Position numbers and translations under genes: made by a program. A DNA stretch of 63,626 nt, the filler included, from Thraustochytrium aureum (taxonomy: Eukaryota), in the NCBI GenBank assembly GCA_012862495.1. It is 5 parts of 4 records of this genome, joined end to end, with 100 filler letters (N's around TTAATTAATTAA, not from the genome) between each part and the next. Parts side by side here need not be neighbours in the genome. Positions count along the whole stretch, not along the records: positions 1 to 30,983 come from BLSG01000316.1; positions 31,084 to 36,782 come from BLSG01000317.1; 3 more parts are not named here. The stretch is one strand, 5' to 3'. Below are positions 23,767 to 34,800 of this stretch, piece after piece (the first letter of the stretch is position 1; every line of letters starts with the position of its first letter). The notes below the pieces were generated by a model. It was not told the DNA's origin. It saw only the letters and a list, made by a program, of their open reading frames with translations, and searched no databases.

Positions 23767-25711
23767 CTACTCGTCCTTCTCCTTGTCGTCGACGTCCGAC
23801 TCGCTGACCTCTGGGAGCGCGTAGAACGGGAGCTTGACAGCCTTGGCCATGTCCGGGTGCTCGAGGCGAAGCGCGCCGAGGATCTTTTCCGGGAGCACGT
23901 CGTCGGTCTGCCCCTCAAGCAGAAAAGCCAGGTCGATCACGAGGCTGGTCGCGTAGCCCTTGACGACCTGAGAATGGAGCCCGCAATCGATGACGAACCA
24001 ACGTCCACGACAACCTCAAAGTAAGTCTCACCGTCACCGTAAAACTCGAGCTCCAGCTTCTTGCCGAGGATGGCCGGAGTAGTGCCCACAGCCTTGCGCA
24101 CGAAAAAGTTGCCCTCCACAACGCGCGGGATGAACTTGAAGGTCTTTTTGCGAAACTCGGTGTCCGAGTTGAGGAACCTGTTGAGCAGCTCGCCGAAAGG
24201 GTTGCCCACAGTCATGTCCTCTGGCTTTGCGGCAAAATAGGCTACCAGGGAGTAGAATGGCGGGCCGGGGAGCACAAAGTGGACCAGAAAGATGAAGGGG
24301 TGGCCGCCCTCCTTGACGAGGCGGTGGACGAGGCTGTCCGGGCGGCTGGCGATGTGCACGACGCGGCCCTCCGTCTCGAAGAGATCGGCCGCAACCATCT
24401 GGAAGGCAGCCTGGCGGCACTCTTGCTTCTTCCGGTCGTGCAGGTAGTTGGCGCCGCGCACTGTGAGCGGCTCCTTGTCGAGAGGGCAGTCGACCCAGTC
24501 GGCCCAGGACCCGCGCAGACTGGCATTGCTCGAGGCAGACACCGAGCCCAACTTGGCCGTAACACTGCCGTCCGCGTCGCGCAGGCCGCGGCTGGATTTT
24601 GCCATTTGCAGCAGATTCCGCGACGACCCGGAGTTGTCGGCACTCGCCATGTTGCCGGACTGGAGCGCCTTGAGCACATACCCATAGTCGAGATCCACAA
24701 ACCGACGGCGGTCCACGGCCTCGCGGAGTAGCGTGAGACGCGTGAGCAGCGTGTACGCCCAGCGCTGGTGAAAGTAGCGCGGCATCTTGGATAGCCATGA
24801 CCCAGGGTCGAAGTGGACGCACATGTCCACCCAGCACTCGTTTTCGTTGGCTGGAGCGGCGTCCTGGTTGGCGAACGCGTCGGTGCCGTCGCCCTCGGGC
24901 GGCGGCTTCTTGGGGCAGATGAGGAATCCGAGCATCCAAATGTTGGCGCGCACGTAGTGCGGGTCTTCCGGCGCGCCGGGGTGTGTGCAGGACCGCCACG
25001 TGACGAGCTTCGCCCCGTTCTCGAAGCTCATCCAGTAGCGCTGCAGCACAAAGTCGCGCGGCGCAGTCCACATCCCGCACACGTTGATGGGGAACCACTT
25101 GACGTGCTCAACCCGCAGGTGCTTTTCTTCAAACTCCTCGAGAATTTCGAGGCGCTCCTCCCACTCGTCGTAAGCGGCGCCAACGGTGTCCTGCGTCACC
25201 CGGTCGGCCCCTGTCAGCGACGAAACCAGCCCAGCCAGCAGCGCGGCGAGCCGCCGCCCCTCGCTGGCCCCAGCCGGGGCCTAGAGCAACCACTTACGTT
25301 GAGGATCATTTTGAACACGTTGTCCGTCGAGTCTTTGATGACGCACCCGCTCTTCAGCAAGACGTTCTGCTTGGTCATGTTGACCTCGCGGTAGACGGTC
25401 AGCCCGGCCACGTTGTCGACCACCTCGAAGCCGACTTTGCGGGCGATCTCGATCTTTTCCGCAATGTAATCTGGCTGGTCGCCTTTCCGTACGGACCTCT
25501 TGCGCCGCAGCGCGTGGCGCGGCCGCCGGTCCTCGGCCTTGATGGCAGCCTCGACGGCGTTCTTCCAGCTGGTGGCCTCCTCCACGCTCCCGGCCATGAA
25601 TTTCGCCAGCAGGTTTTCCCCGTTGTAGATCATGAACGCGGATGTCTCTTGCTTGGCGAGCGGCACGGGCTTTGCGTGCGTCCGCGTCAGCTCCGAGACG
25701 GTGAACCCAGC
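23767..25711 (-). CDS. EDR2-like lipid-binding protein (PH-like + START + DUF1336/EDR2_C), 5' end in gap
   Basis: PH-like end MAGSVEEATSWKNAVEAAI; START motifs PRDFVLQRYW and WRSCTHPGAPEDPHYVRA; DUF1336 VRGANYLHDRKK, FKFIPRVVEGNFFVRKAVG, YFEVVVDVGSSSIA. After a frameshift near 23965 it reads LVIDLAFLLEGQTDDVLPEKILG to a stop at 23767. Intron donor GTAAGT at 25297. Confidence 0.88.
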
Positions 25712-26186
25712 NNNNNNNNNNNNNNNNNNNNNNNNNNNNNNNNNNNNNNNNNNNNNNNNNNNNNNNNNNNNNNNNNNNNNNNNNNNNNNNNNNNNNNNNN
25801 NNNNNNNNNNNNNNNNNNNNNNNNNNNNNNNNNNNNNNNNNNNNNNNNNNNNNNNNNNNNNNNNNNNNNNNNNNNNNNNNNNNNNNNNNNNNNNNNNNNN
25901 NNNNNNNNNNNNNNNNNNNNNNNNNNNNNNNNNNNNNNNNNNNNNNNNNNNNNNNNNNNNNNNNNNNNNNNNNNNNNNNNNNNNNNNNNNNNNNNNNNNN
26001 NNNNNNNNNNNNNNNNNNNNNNNNNNNNNNNNNNNNNNNNNNNNNNNNNNNNNNNNNNNNNNNNNNNNNNNNNNNNNNNNNNNNNNNNNNNNNNNNNNNN
26101 NNNNNNNNNNNNNNNNNNNNNNNNNNNNNNNNNNNGATAGTTAGATAGATGCGCTGCGCAACGCCGGCGTCGGCTGCCCTGTCGTC

Positions 26187-27680
26187 TCATGGCGCCGAAC
26201 GCGACCCAGCCGCACTCGCCTGACGCGCCGGCGACAAGAGATCCTTGATGGATTGCTTGCAGGTGACGCACGTATCGTGGTCTCGCAGCCACGGCTCGAT
26301 GCACTCGTCGTGGAAAACATGCGAGCAGGGCAAGAGCTTGAGGACCTCCTCCTCCTCGAAATCGCACTGGCAGACGAGGCACTTGTCGAGTGACACCCGG
26401 CTCAGCTCGCCCCGGCGCGAGTCCTCATTCAGGGTAACGACACGCAGCGAGGCAACATACTGGCGGCCGTCAATACGCCACCGCTCCTGTTTGACGTCGC
26501 CAATGCGGGCAGTGAGCTCCAAGAGCTCGTCGTACGACATATCGTCGGGGTTGACGCCCTCGGCCGCCTCATTTAGGCGTTCAACCTCTTCCTGAGCAGC
26601 ACGCACTTGCTCCTCCTCCTCTCGCAAGAGCCGCAACGCTAGGGCGGCGTCTTCGTTCGACCCAGCGGCGGCGGCAGCGGCTTGCTCGTCGTGCATGGCC
26701 TGGAGCATCCTTGCCTGTGCCTCTTGCATCCTGTCCAAGAGCATGCTCTCCTCTTCGGCCATCAGCTGCCTCGCGAGCCGCTCAGACTCGTCCATGCCGT
26801 CGTCTTGCCCGCTATGCGCGCTAGGCGCGGCGGAGGCTGCGAACAAGAACTCGACCGCGTCGCTGTCGCTGTCATGGCCAAGACTGGCGCCCGTCTCCTC
26901 CTCTTCTTCTTCTTCTACCTCCTCCCCCTCGTCCTGGTTGTCTTCGAACTGATTATTGCTCCACACGTCGCTGCTGTTGACGCGGGCGCCGCCGCGCCGC
27001 TGCAATTGAGCGCCAAGCGGTGCGGGCGGCGACAGCAACATGGCGGACGACTGCCCGCGCTCGCGGTCGTGCTCGTCGTCGTCGTCAGCGTCCTCTACGT
27101 CCTCCACGTCGTCATCAATTAAGGCCATCCGCGGCTTGCGAGCCGCAGACTCTGCCAGCAGCGTCGTTGCGCTAGTCGTGGACGAGAAGGAAAGGCGCTG
27201 CGTGCCCTTCGCTCGAGCTGCGCCACCGTAAGGCGTAGCGTGCGCGTCAAAGTGAGGAGGTGCAAGTGTCTCCGCTTGCCTCGGGTTGTTGGACTGGCCT
27301 GCACGCCGTGGGTGCTCAGCAACAGAGTCAGGCGTGTCAAAATTCAGGGCAGCGCCTCGGTGGGCTGACACAGAAGACTCCACAGCTGAAGTGGAGGAGG
27401 ATGCGGATGACATGCCGAGGCCAAGCAGTCCTCCCCGTGGCCTGGGCGACTCGTGGCCGCGCTCGGCCTCCTCGATGTCGTCAAAGAGCTCTCGCGAGTC
27501 GGGCGAAAGCTCCCCGACGTTGTCCTCCCAGAGCTCGTTGCGTCGCTGCGACAAGAGCGACTTGGCCTGCCCGTCGCTTGCTGATGGCGTTGAAAAGGTC
27601 GCTCCATCGAAGAGGTTGCGCGGCCTGACCGCCCTTGGCGAGGCCAGCCTCGGCACTTGCCAGCCCGACGCGTTCTGCAT
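26187..27680 (-). CDS. RING-H2 E3 ubiquitin ligase (Big Brother/BBR-like C-terminus)
   Basis: VNPDDMSYDELLELTARIGDV followed by CLVC...LPCSHVFHDECIEPWL...CVTC. Upstream UIM-like helices ESERLARQLMAEEE and DAALALRLLREEE. Confidence 0.9.
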   Translation of the reverse strand: MQNASGWQVPRLASPRAVRPRNLFDGATFSTPSASDGQAKSLLSQRRNELWEDNVGELSPDSRELFDDIEEAERGHESPRPRGGLLGLGMSSASSSTSAVESSVSAHRGAALNFDTPDSVAEHPRRAGQSNNPRQAETLAPPHFDAHATPYGGAARAKGTQRLSFSSTTSATTLLAESAARKPRMALIDDDVEDVEDADDDDEHDRERGQSSAMLLSPPAPLGAQLQRRGGARVNSSDVWSNNQFEDNQDEGEEVEEEEEEETGASLGHDSDSDAVEFLFAASAAPSAHSGQDDGMDESERLARQLMAEEESMLLDRMQEAQARMLQAMHDEQAAAAAAGSNEDAALALRLLREEEEQVRAAQEEVERLNEAAEGVNPDDMSYDELLELTARIGDVKQERWRIDGRQYVASLRVVTLNEDSRRGELSRVSLDKCLVCQCDFEEEEVLKLLPCSHVFHDECIEPWLRDHDTCVTCKQSIKDLLSPARQASAAGSRSAP

Positions 27681-28986
27681 CGCTTGCTTGGGCTGCGACT
27701 CGCTTCTGCGCAAGCGCCCCCCCCTTGGACCTCTCGGGCTCAGAGCTAGCGCGAAGGTAGAGCGAGCTTGAGCTAGGCCGGCGAGAATGCTTGCCCGAGG
27801 AGGCTGGCTCGCCGGGCCGTCGTGCCTTGCGTGTCTGGGCGCGATGGATGGCCGACGGCGATCAAAGTGCGGCGGTTTTGCAACGGGCAACGAGGTGAGC
27901 CGGGAAAACTGCCGAATCTGCATCACGTAGACGACCATGTGTCGTGGCTTTCACGTGACATAGGGGTCAAGCTGACGAGTGCAAATGTGCGAGCAGCACA
28001 GACCACGAACGGGCGCGCCGCCGCCTGGTCGCCTCGACGAGGCTGATTGGGGCAAGCGCTCCTTTTACTTTTTAAAAGTACTCCATTCAGGGTGCTAGCT
28101 AGCTGAAGTCTGGGGTTTCCTTCGTTGCTGTCTCGTGGCTAGCCTGAGATGCTCTAAACAAGGAGGCTTGCTCGAAATCTGAGAAGCAGGCATGTCATGT
28201 CGTTTTGCTGTTGGCCAACTTGCGGCGGAAGACGCTTTTCACGACACGGCGCTACATTCGTCGGGAAGATACAGGTACTGTTCAAACCCAGATGCCTTCT
28301 TGGAGCTGAGAGCCTCCTTGCTGAGAGCCTTGTGGAATTGGTCGCATCGCCGATCTTCGATGCTGCTGGTTATATCCTTGTGCGGAGGGCAAGGTGCTGC
28401 GACTCTCATGATTAGAGTTGGCTGCCGAAACCCTAAATCAGACAGGCCAAGGAAGATCAATTCGCATTGCTTTGGGCCGAACTTGGGCGACCGGCGCTCA
28501 ACAGTATATAGTTTCTGCGCTTCCTCGGTTCTCCCTCCGGTCGGAGGCCAAATGGCCATACATTAGCGAGGATCCCAGTGACACAGGCCGACGAGAAGCC
28601 GATCCCGCTGCGAGCTGTCAACTGTTCATCCGAGACCAAATAGAAAGGCAAAACAATGGACGAAAGTTGACCCTTGGCGTTGGGTCCATTTGGGTCAAAC
28701 GTTTTCGTCCCAAAGAAAGACTCACCTAGAGTTTCCGAGTAAACGAAGGACGAGTAGAGACTGTTGTGACTGCCTTGTTGTCTTGCATACAGGAGAACGT
28801 AAGGCGACGCAACAACTTTGGCGGGCAGCTGCGCGGGCGCTGGGGCAGACCGGGACCGAGAAGACGCGGCGCAGGGAGCTCGAGTCGAAGGCGCGCCTGA
28901 AGTCCAGTGCAGGCTCGACTGAAGTTGGGGGCCTGCTTCTCGGACAAGCGAGCACGTCGCTTGCAACAAACCGCGTCCAGCGCGCA

Positions 28987-30983
28987 ATGCGCGCAACCGG
29001 CATCATTGCAGGTATTTCTCTTGTGTTGCTGAGCGCCGCAATACAGGTCAGTGCGAAGGATGAAGGCGCCAACGACGTGTCCCGGCTGAACGAGCAGACA
29101 TGGAAGGGTCGTGGGGCGAAGGAGCAAGAACGAGGGATCCTGCACCATCATCAAATCCAGAGCGGCGTCAAACTCACCTTTGAGCCTAGGAACGCCGCAG
29201 CTATCACTGACGAGCCCGCGCAGCACATGCCACCACCGGGGCTCAAGACGGAGGAAGCGGTCAACCTTATTCTGTCAAACAGTGCGAATAGTGGGCAAGA
29301 CCCTGTCGAGGTCCCTGACAAGGCAGGTACAAAACCCCACATTCTCGTTTTCATGTTCGACGACCTCGGGTACCACGACGTGGGTTACGCTGAGGATGCT
29401 CGTCCAGACAGCGTCAGGGCGACGCCGTACATGACGAAACTCGCTAAACAAGAGGGGATTGTGCTCACAAAGCACTATGCTCACTGGCACTGCTCGCCGT
29501 CTCGGCGGTCCTTCCTCTCGGGGCGACTGCCCATAAACTCTGGTGGAGACAACTTGAGCGAGTTTTCCGACGACGATATGGACGTACGATTCACGTGGAT
29601 CTCCGAGAAGCTGAAGTCGAAAGGGTACCACAACCTCTTTTATGGCAAGGGCCACTTCGGCGTCAAGTCAGTAAAGATGCTTCCTGCTCATCGGGGGTTC
29701 GACACGCACCTGGGGTTCATTCAGGGCAGCCAGCCGTACACCTCCAAACAGCGATGGCGGGACTTGGGGCCGAACGAATCTTCGGAATTCTCAACGTCGT
29801 TGTGGGGGGCTTCGATGTTCAAGGCTGTGCAACAGGTGCTCAAGGTGAGCGACGAACCCATATTCCTGTTTGCTTCTTGGCAGACGCCTCACTCGCCGCT
29901 CGTGAAGCCGCCTTCCAAGTACAGAGAGCGGCTAATGGGTCGCATGTCACTCCTGGACATGAACATGGCTGCCGTGGACATGGAGATGGAGCGCCTCATC
30001 GATTTGTTTCGGCGGGAGAAAGACACCTGGGATCGCACGTTGGTGGTCGTTCTAAGCGCAATGGCGGCACCTCGGTTCAGGGCAGAGACGTCAGCAACAA
30101 CATGGGCAACAACTGGCCGCTTCGTGGCGAAAAAGGCACCAACTTCGAGGGCTCTTACCGCTCGACGGCGTTCGTGAGCGGCGGCATCATCCCGCCCTCG
30201 TTGCGCGGGACGGTGAACGATAAAACGATGCACATTGCGGACTGGTACCGCACGTTTTGCAACCTCGCAGGAGTCGAGGCTGAAGACGGCCCCCGGAATG
30301 GACCCAAGCATCCGGGACTTACCGCAGCGCAGGTCGAGGAACCTCAGTTCCCCACAGTAATTCTGCCAGGGGGATCGAGGGAGGAACGTCTGGGGGCCCG
30401 ATAGCTATCCTGCGGTGGACTCGCGCGACCTCTGGCCTGTGCTGATGCGGCCCGCCTCGTTCGCCCAGGACGCCGTCTGGCCGCACCTTGTCCTGAGTTC
30501 AGAGGTCATCATTATGGGCCAGTTCAAGCTTATCCTTGCGCAACCCTGTTCGAATGGCATTGATGGCAAGAAGGAGTGCAAGGACTTGGCCCAATTCGGC
30601 TGGGTGTCTCAAAACAACTACAGGACTTGGAAACGCCCGGACAATCCCCGCCTTGGCTGTTTGAAGAGATTCGACGTCCGGGACGGGATGGCGGGCACGG
30701 TTTTCGAGCCCTGCCTGTTCAACTTGGCCACCGACGAGCGAGAAAAAGTCCCCCTCGACGACCCCGCCAAAATCCGTGAGCTGTGGACGGCCCTAAACGA
30801 CACACTCATTTACCAGTACAACTCGCGCTTGTTGGGCAAGGAGCAGGGCGTTTCGCCGCCAGAGTGTCTCGGCGAGTGCTGGACCGCCCGGAAGGTGTCA
30901 AATCTCTTCAAAACGAGCTTGGGCGACCCCGCGCCCAATGCGGTCTCGAATACCTCGGAGACCTCACACATCAGTTCTGCTGA
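28987..30983 (+). CDS. Secreted arylsulfatase-like sulfatase (formylglycine-dependent), frameshifts near 30055 and 30350-30410
   Basis: Signal peptide MRATGIIAGISLVLLSAAIQVSA; PHILVFMFDDLGYHDVG; CSPSR (CxPxR); GKGHFG; HRGFD; TPHSPL; GNNWPLRGEKGTNFEG; MHIADWYRTF; CLFNLATDERE. Confidence 0.93.
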
Positions 30984-31027
30984 NNNNNNNNNNNNNNNNN
31001 NNNNNNNNNNNNNNNNNNNNNNNNNNN

Positions 31028-31039
31028 TTAATTAATTAA
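31028..31039. other. Artificial contig linker TTAATTAATTAA flanked by N runs
   Basis: Palindromic six-frame-stop spacer with about 44 N on each side; the same structure occurs four times. Confidence 0.97.
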
Positions 31040-31083
31040 NNNNNNNNNNNNNNNNNNNNNNNNNNNNNNNNNNNNNNNNNNNN

Positions 31084-31840
31084 CCTTCGCGTGCGCCTTG
31101 CGTTTATCGCCCTTGGCCTTCGAGCGTGTCTTGCGCTTGGCAGCGCGTACGCCCCGGCCTTCCATCGCGGAGCCTCTCCCGGCCAGCCTCTCTGCGCCAA
31201 CGACGGGCCGCCGGCACGCCGCCAGTGCCCGCGCCCACCTCCTCGCCTTCCTCCTGGCGCACTTACTCGACCGCGTCTGTGGTTTGTGTCGCGGTCCGCA
31301 CGCCGCTTCGGTGGCTCTGGCCTGCGCACCACGCGAGTGGACTCGCCGAGTTTGCCCGGTCAGTGGGACTGCGGGGTCGTCCAGGTCGAGCGCGAGCGGG
31401 AGTGTCGGCCTCTGGTCTAGCCCGGATCTGGCTGCGCGCAGCAAGTCCTGGACTCTCGGGCTGGGTGGCACTCGGCGCGCTGCGTGGGCATCGTCGGGCT
31501 TCGTCAGCAACGTCCTGAGGACAGCCAGACTGGTTTTGGCGACCTCGTGCGCGAGCATCAAGAAACGCAAGGGCGTTTCGTTTCTTCTACAAAGCTAGCT
31601 CTAGAGAGAGCCCGGCCGCCAGCGCGACCAGAAGGGCCCCAGCCTCGGCCCCGGCCGGCTCGAGCAGCGCGTCGCGCCCGCTCTCGTCGAGTAGATCCGT
31701 CGCGTCCTCGCCTCTGCCTAGCAGCTCCAGTTGGTTGGCGGCCTCGTGGCGCTGGCCGGCGTTGAGGCCGGCGTTGAGGCCGGCGGTGGCGGAGGGCGAG
31801 GACCGCGCGCGGCCGGTGGTCGTCTCGCCGGTGAGCATGG
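31084..31840 (-). CDS. Possible 5' part of a hypothetical protein running into the linker
   Basis: Coding-like minus ORFs 31587-31865 and 31028-31570, perhaps joined by a frameshift. No recognised domain. Confidence 0.3.
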
Positions 31841-31874
31841 CGGTGCCCCCTCCCACGCCAAGCAACGTAGATGC

Positions 31875-34800
31875 TCAGGCCGCGTTGGGGTCTTCCTCCT
31901 CGTCCTCCTCGTCCATGTCGTGGATCTCCTCGCCATTTACGTGGCGGCGCTTGAGCGAACCGGTGCTGAACAGGCTTTGCTGGTTGTTGCTGACGCAGAG
32001 GCTCTTGGCGCTGTAGGTGAGGTTCTCGATGAGGCGGCGAAACTTGGGGACCGCGCTGACGAGCGTCGTGTCCTTGCGCAGCTTGCCATAGTCACATATA
32101 CTCTGCAGTTGCCGTGCACCCTGCTGCATCAACTTGAGCGCTCCGCGCACCGCGTCCTGGTCCGCGCGAAAATGTACCGCGAAGAAGGGCATCGCCTGCT
32201 TGACGAACCGCTCCAGAAACTGCCGCCCTTGCTTGACAGCGACGTGCAGCATGGCCTTGTGCGTGTCGCAGTCGCGCGTCAACCAGATAAGGTCCTTTAC
32301 GCACTTGAGGATCGACGTCGCCAGCTTGCACGTCTCGGCTGCGTTTCCGCTCGAGGCGGGCGCGGCGCGCTCGCTCTGCGGCGCAGCGTCGCTGCTGCTC
32401 TCTGCGTCGCCGCGCTTGCCGCCATCCTCGTCGTCGCTGCGCCGGTCGTCACCCTCCGCCGCGCCCGCTTCGTCATCCTCCTCGTCAATGCCTTGCCCGT
32501 CCTCCTCGTCCTCCTCCTCGTCCACGTCCTCGTCCTCCTCGCCTTCCGCGTCGCTTCGCCGACGCCGCTTGGCCTTTCCCGCAGCGGCGCCTTTCGACTT
32601 GCCAGCTTTGCGCTTGGCTCGCCCGCCCTTCTGGCCCGTCTTAGCAGGCAAGCAGGCAGCAAAGTTAATTCGGTCCAGCTCTGCGCACAGGCACCGGAAC
32701 ACCGGCTCGTAGTAGCTCGGAAGCGTGCTGCTCGTCATGGCCGAGAAGATCGAGCCCTGCGCACAGCTTTTCTCTGCCACGTTCCGCATGTCGAGCGTGA
32801 TCTCTGCGCACCGCTCAATCAGGTCGGGGTGGAACTTGATGTGGAGCTCGACGAGCCGGCCCACCTCTGCCTTCCCAAGCTCGCGCGCGATGTCGCCGTC
32901 CATCAAGACTCTGTTGCATTGCTGAGAAATGCGCGAAACCAGCTCCTCGCCGTTCCCTGCCAGGCGCGCCAAGTCAACGAGCACCTCAATCACGCCGACC
33001 TTGAACGCGGCGCTCCGGGTCAAATCCAGGTTGAGCCATCCGCTCATCGCGTCAAATATGGGGACCACGGCTGCAGATTGTCCGCCGTCTAGGCCGGCGT
33101 CGCTCGCGTCCTCGTCCGCGGCGCCATTCGCGCCGAGAAGCTCGCCGAGCTGCACGCCCTGCCCGCGCGGATTCGCAAACCCCTCGAGCGCGTCTTCCAG
33201 CTCTGTCCGGAGACGCTTGTCGCCCCGCACCACCTTGGACCGCACCCATCCTCGTGAATGGACTTGNNNNNNNNNNNNNNNNNNNNNNNNNNNNNNNNNN
33301 NNNNNNNNNNNNNNNNNNNNNNNNNNNNNNNNNNNNNNNNNNNNNNNNNNNNNNNNNNNNNNNNNNNNNNNNNNNNNNNNNNNNNNNNNNNNNNNNNNNN
33401 NNNNNNNNNNNNNNNNNNNNNNNNNNNNNNNNNNNNNNNNNNNNNNNNNNNNNNNNNNNNNNNNNNNNNNNNNNNNNNNNNNNNNNNNNNNNNNNNNNNN
33501 NNNNNNNNNNNNNNNNNNNNNNNNNNNNNNNNNNNNNNNNNNNNNNNNNNNNNNNNNNNNNNNNNNNNNNNNNNNNNNNNNNNNNNNNNNNNNNNNNNNN
33601 NNNNNNNNNNNNNNNNNNNNNNNNNNNNNNNNNNNNNNNNNNNNNNNNNNNNNNNNNNNNNNNNNNNNNNNNNNNNNNNNNNNNNNNNNNNNNNNNNNNN
33701 NNNNNNNNNNNNTAGCTTGCGCGAACCAAGCCGGCGGTCTCCGTGCGCTTGGCCGCCCCGCCGTGCCCCGTCGACGTGGAGGACGACGACATCTGCAACG
33801 ACCCCGCGCTAGGCGCCGAGCCCCCGCTGCCTTTCTTCGCCTTCGACCCGATGCGCGCCCCCGCGCCCAGCAGGGAAAACCCTGGCTGCGCGATTGGCAA
33901 GATGTGCACGTACTGCGCCCCTCGCCCGGCAACCAGGGCCTCCAGCTTGCCTTCCAGCTCACGCAGGCTCCCGAGCCGGTCCAGCAGCTTCACCTTGCAT
34001 GCCTCCTCATCAGAGCGCTCCGCAAAGCTGTTGACAACCTCGCGCATCCAGTTGACGGCGTGAAACAGGCTCAACAGCACGGCCGATCGCATCGCCGCGA
34101 GCGTCTCGGCGTTCTCGTTGTCGCCCTCCGCGCTCGCGTCAAACAGCTCGTCCGTCTCGTCCAACCCAGCAAGCATCAACGGGCAGCCGAGGAGCGAATC
34201 CGACTCGCTCCCGGTCAGCGAAGTGAAAACAACCACGCACCGCAGCATCGAGCACATGTACACATGACGCTCCTGAACGCGCGGGTCTGCCAGGCCCTGC
34301 GCGAGGTTCGGGAGGAGCCGCATCGCCACTGGCGTCGACTCGCCGTCCAAGTTGTACAAGCACCTCGCCTTGATCAGCCCGCCAAAGCAGGCCACGCGCC
34401 GAAGCTCAACCGACAGGGGCGCGCCCCCTCCTCGCTCCTCCGACCCGCTCGACCCGCTGCTCTCCCCGAGGTTTTCAGGCGGCGACGGACCGTGCACAGG
34501 GCTGGCCAACGACTCGGAGAATCGCGTGAAGAACTCGTTCAAGATCCCGCTCCAAATGTGTCCGCAGACCTGGAACATGAGCTGGTCTTCCGCGGGGAGA
34601 GCACTGGCTGTCGCTTCGAGAGCGTCCGCCTGCTCCCGGCTCACGTCTGACTCGCTCTGGCTCGCGCACGCAGCCAGCACGTCGCCCTGTGACTTTGCCG
34701 CGACCTTTGCGCGCGGCGCCCCGGCCCGGCGCTCTTGGCTGGACTCCGGCGCGTCTAGGCTCCCAACACTTTGCCGCAACCTGCGCGCTAGCGGCGACCC

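Noticed and set aside
28100..28750. Lower-GC intergenic stretch as a decayed mobile element
   Set aside because: No terminal repeats and no transposase, reverse transcriptase or integrase motifs recognisable by eye.
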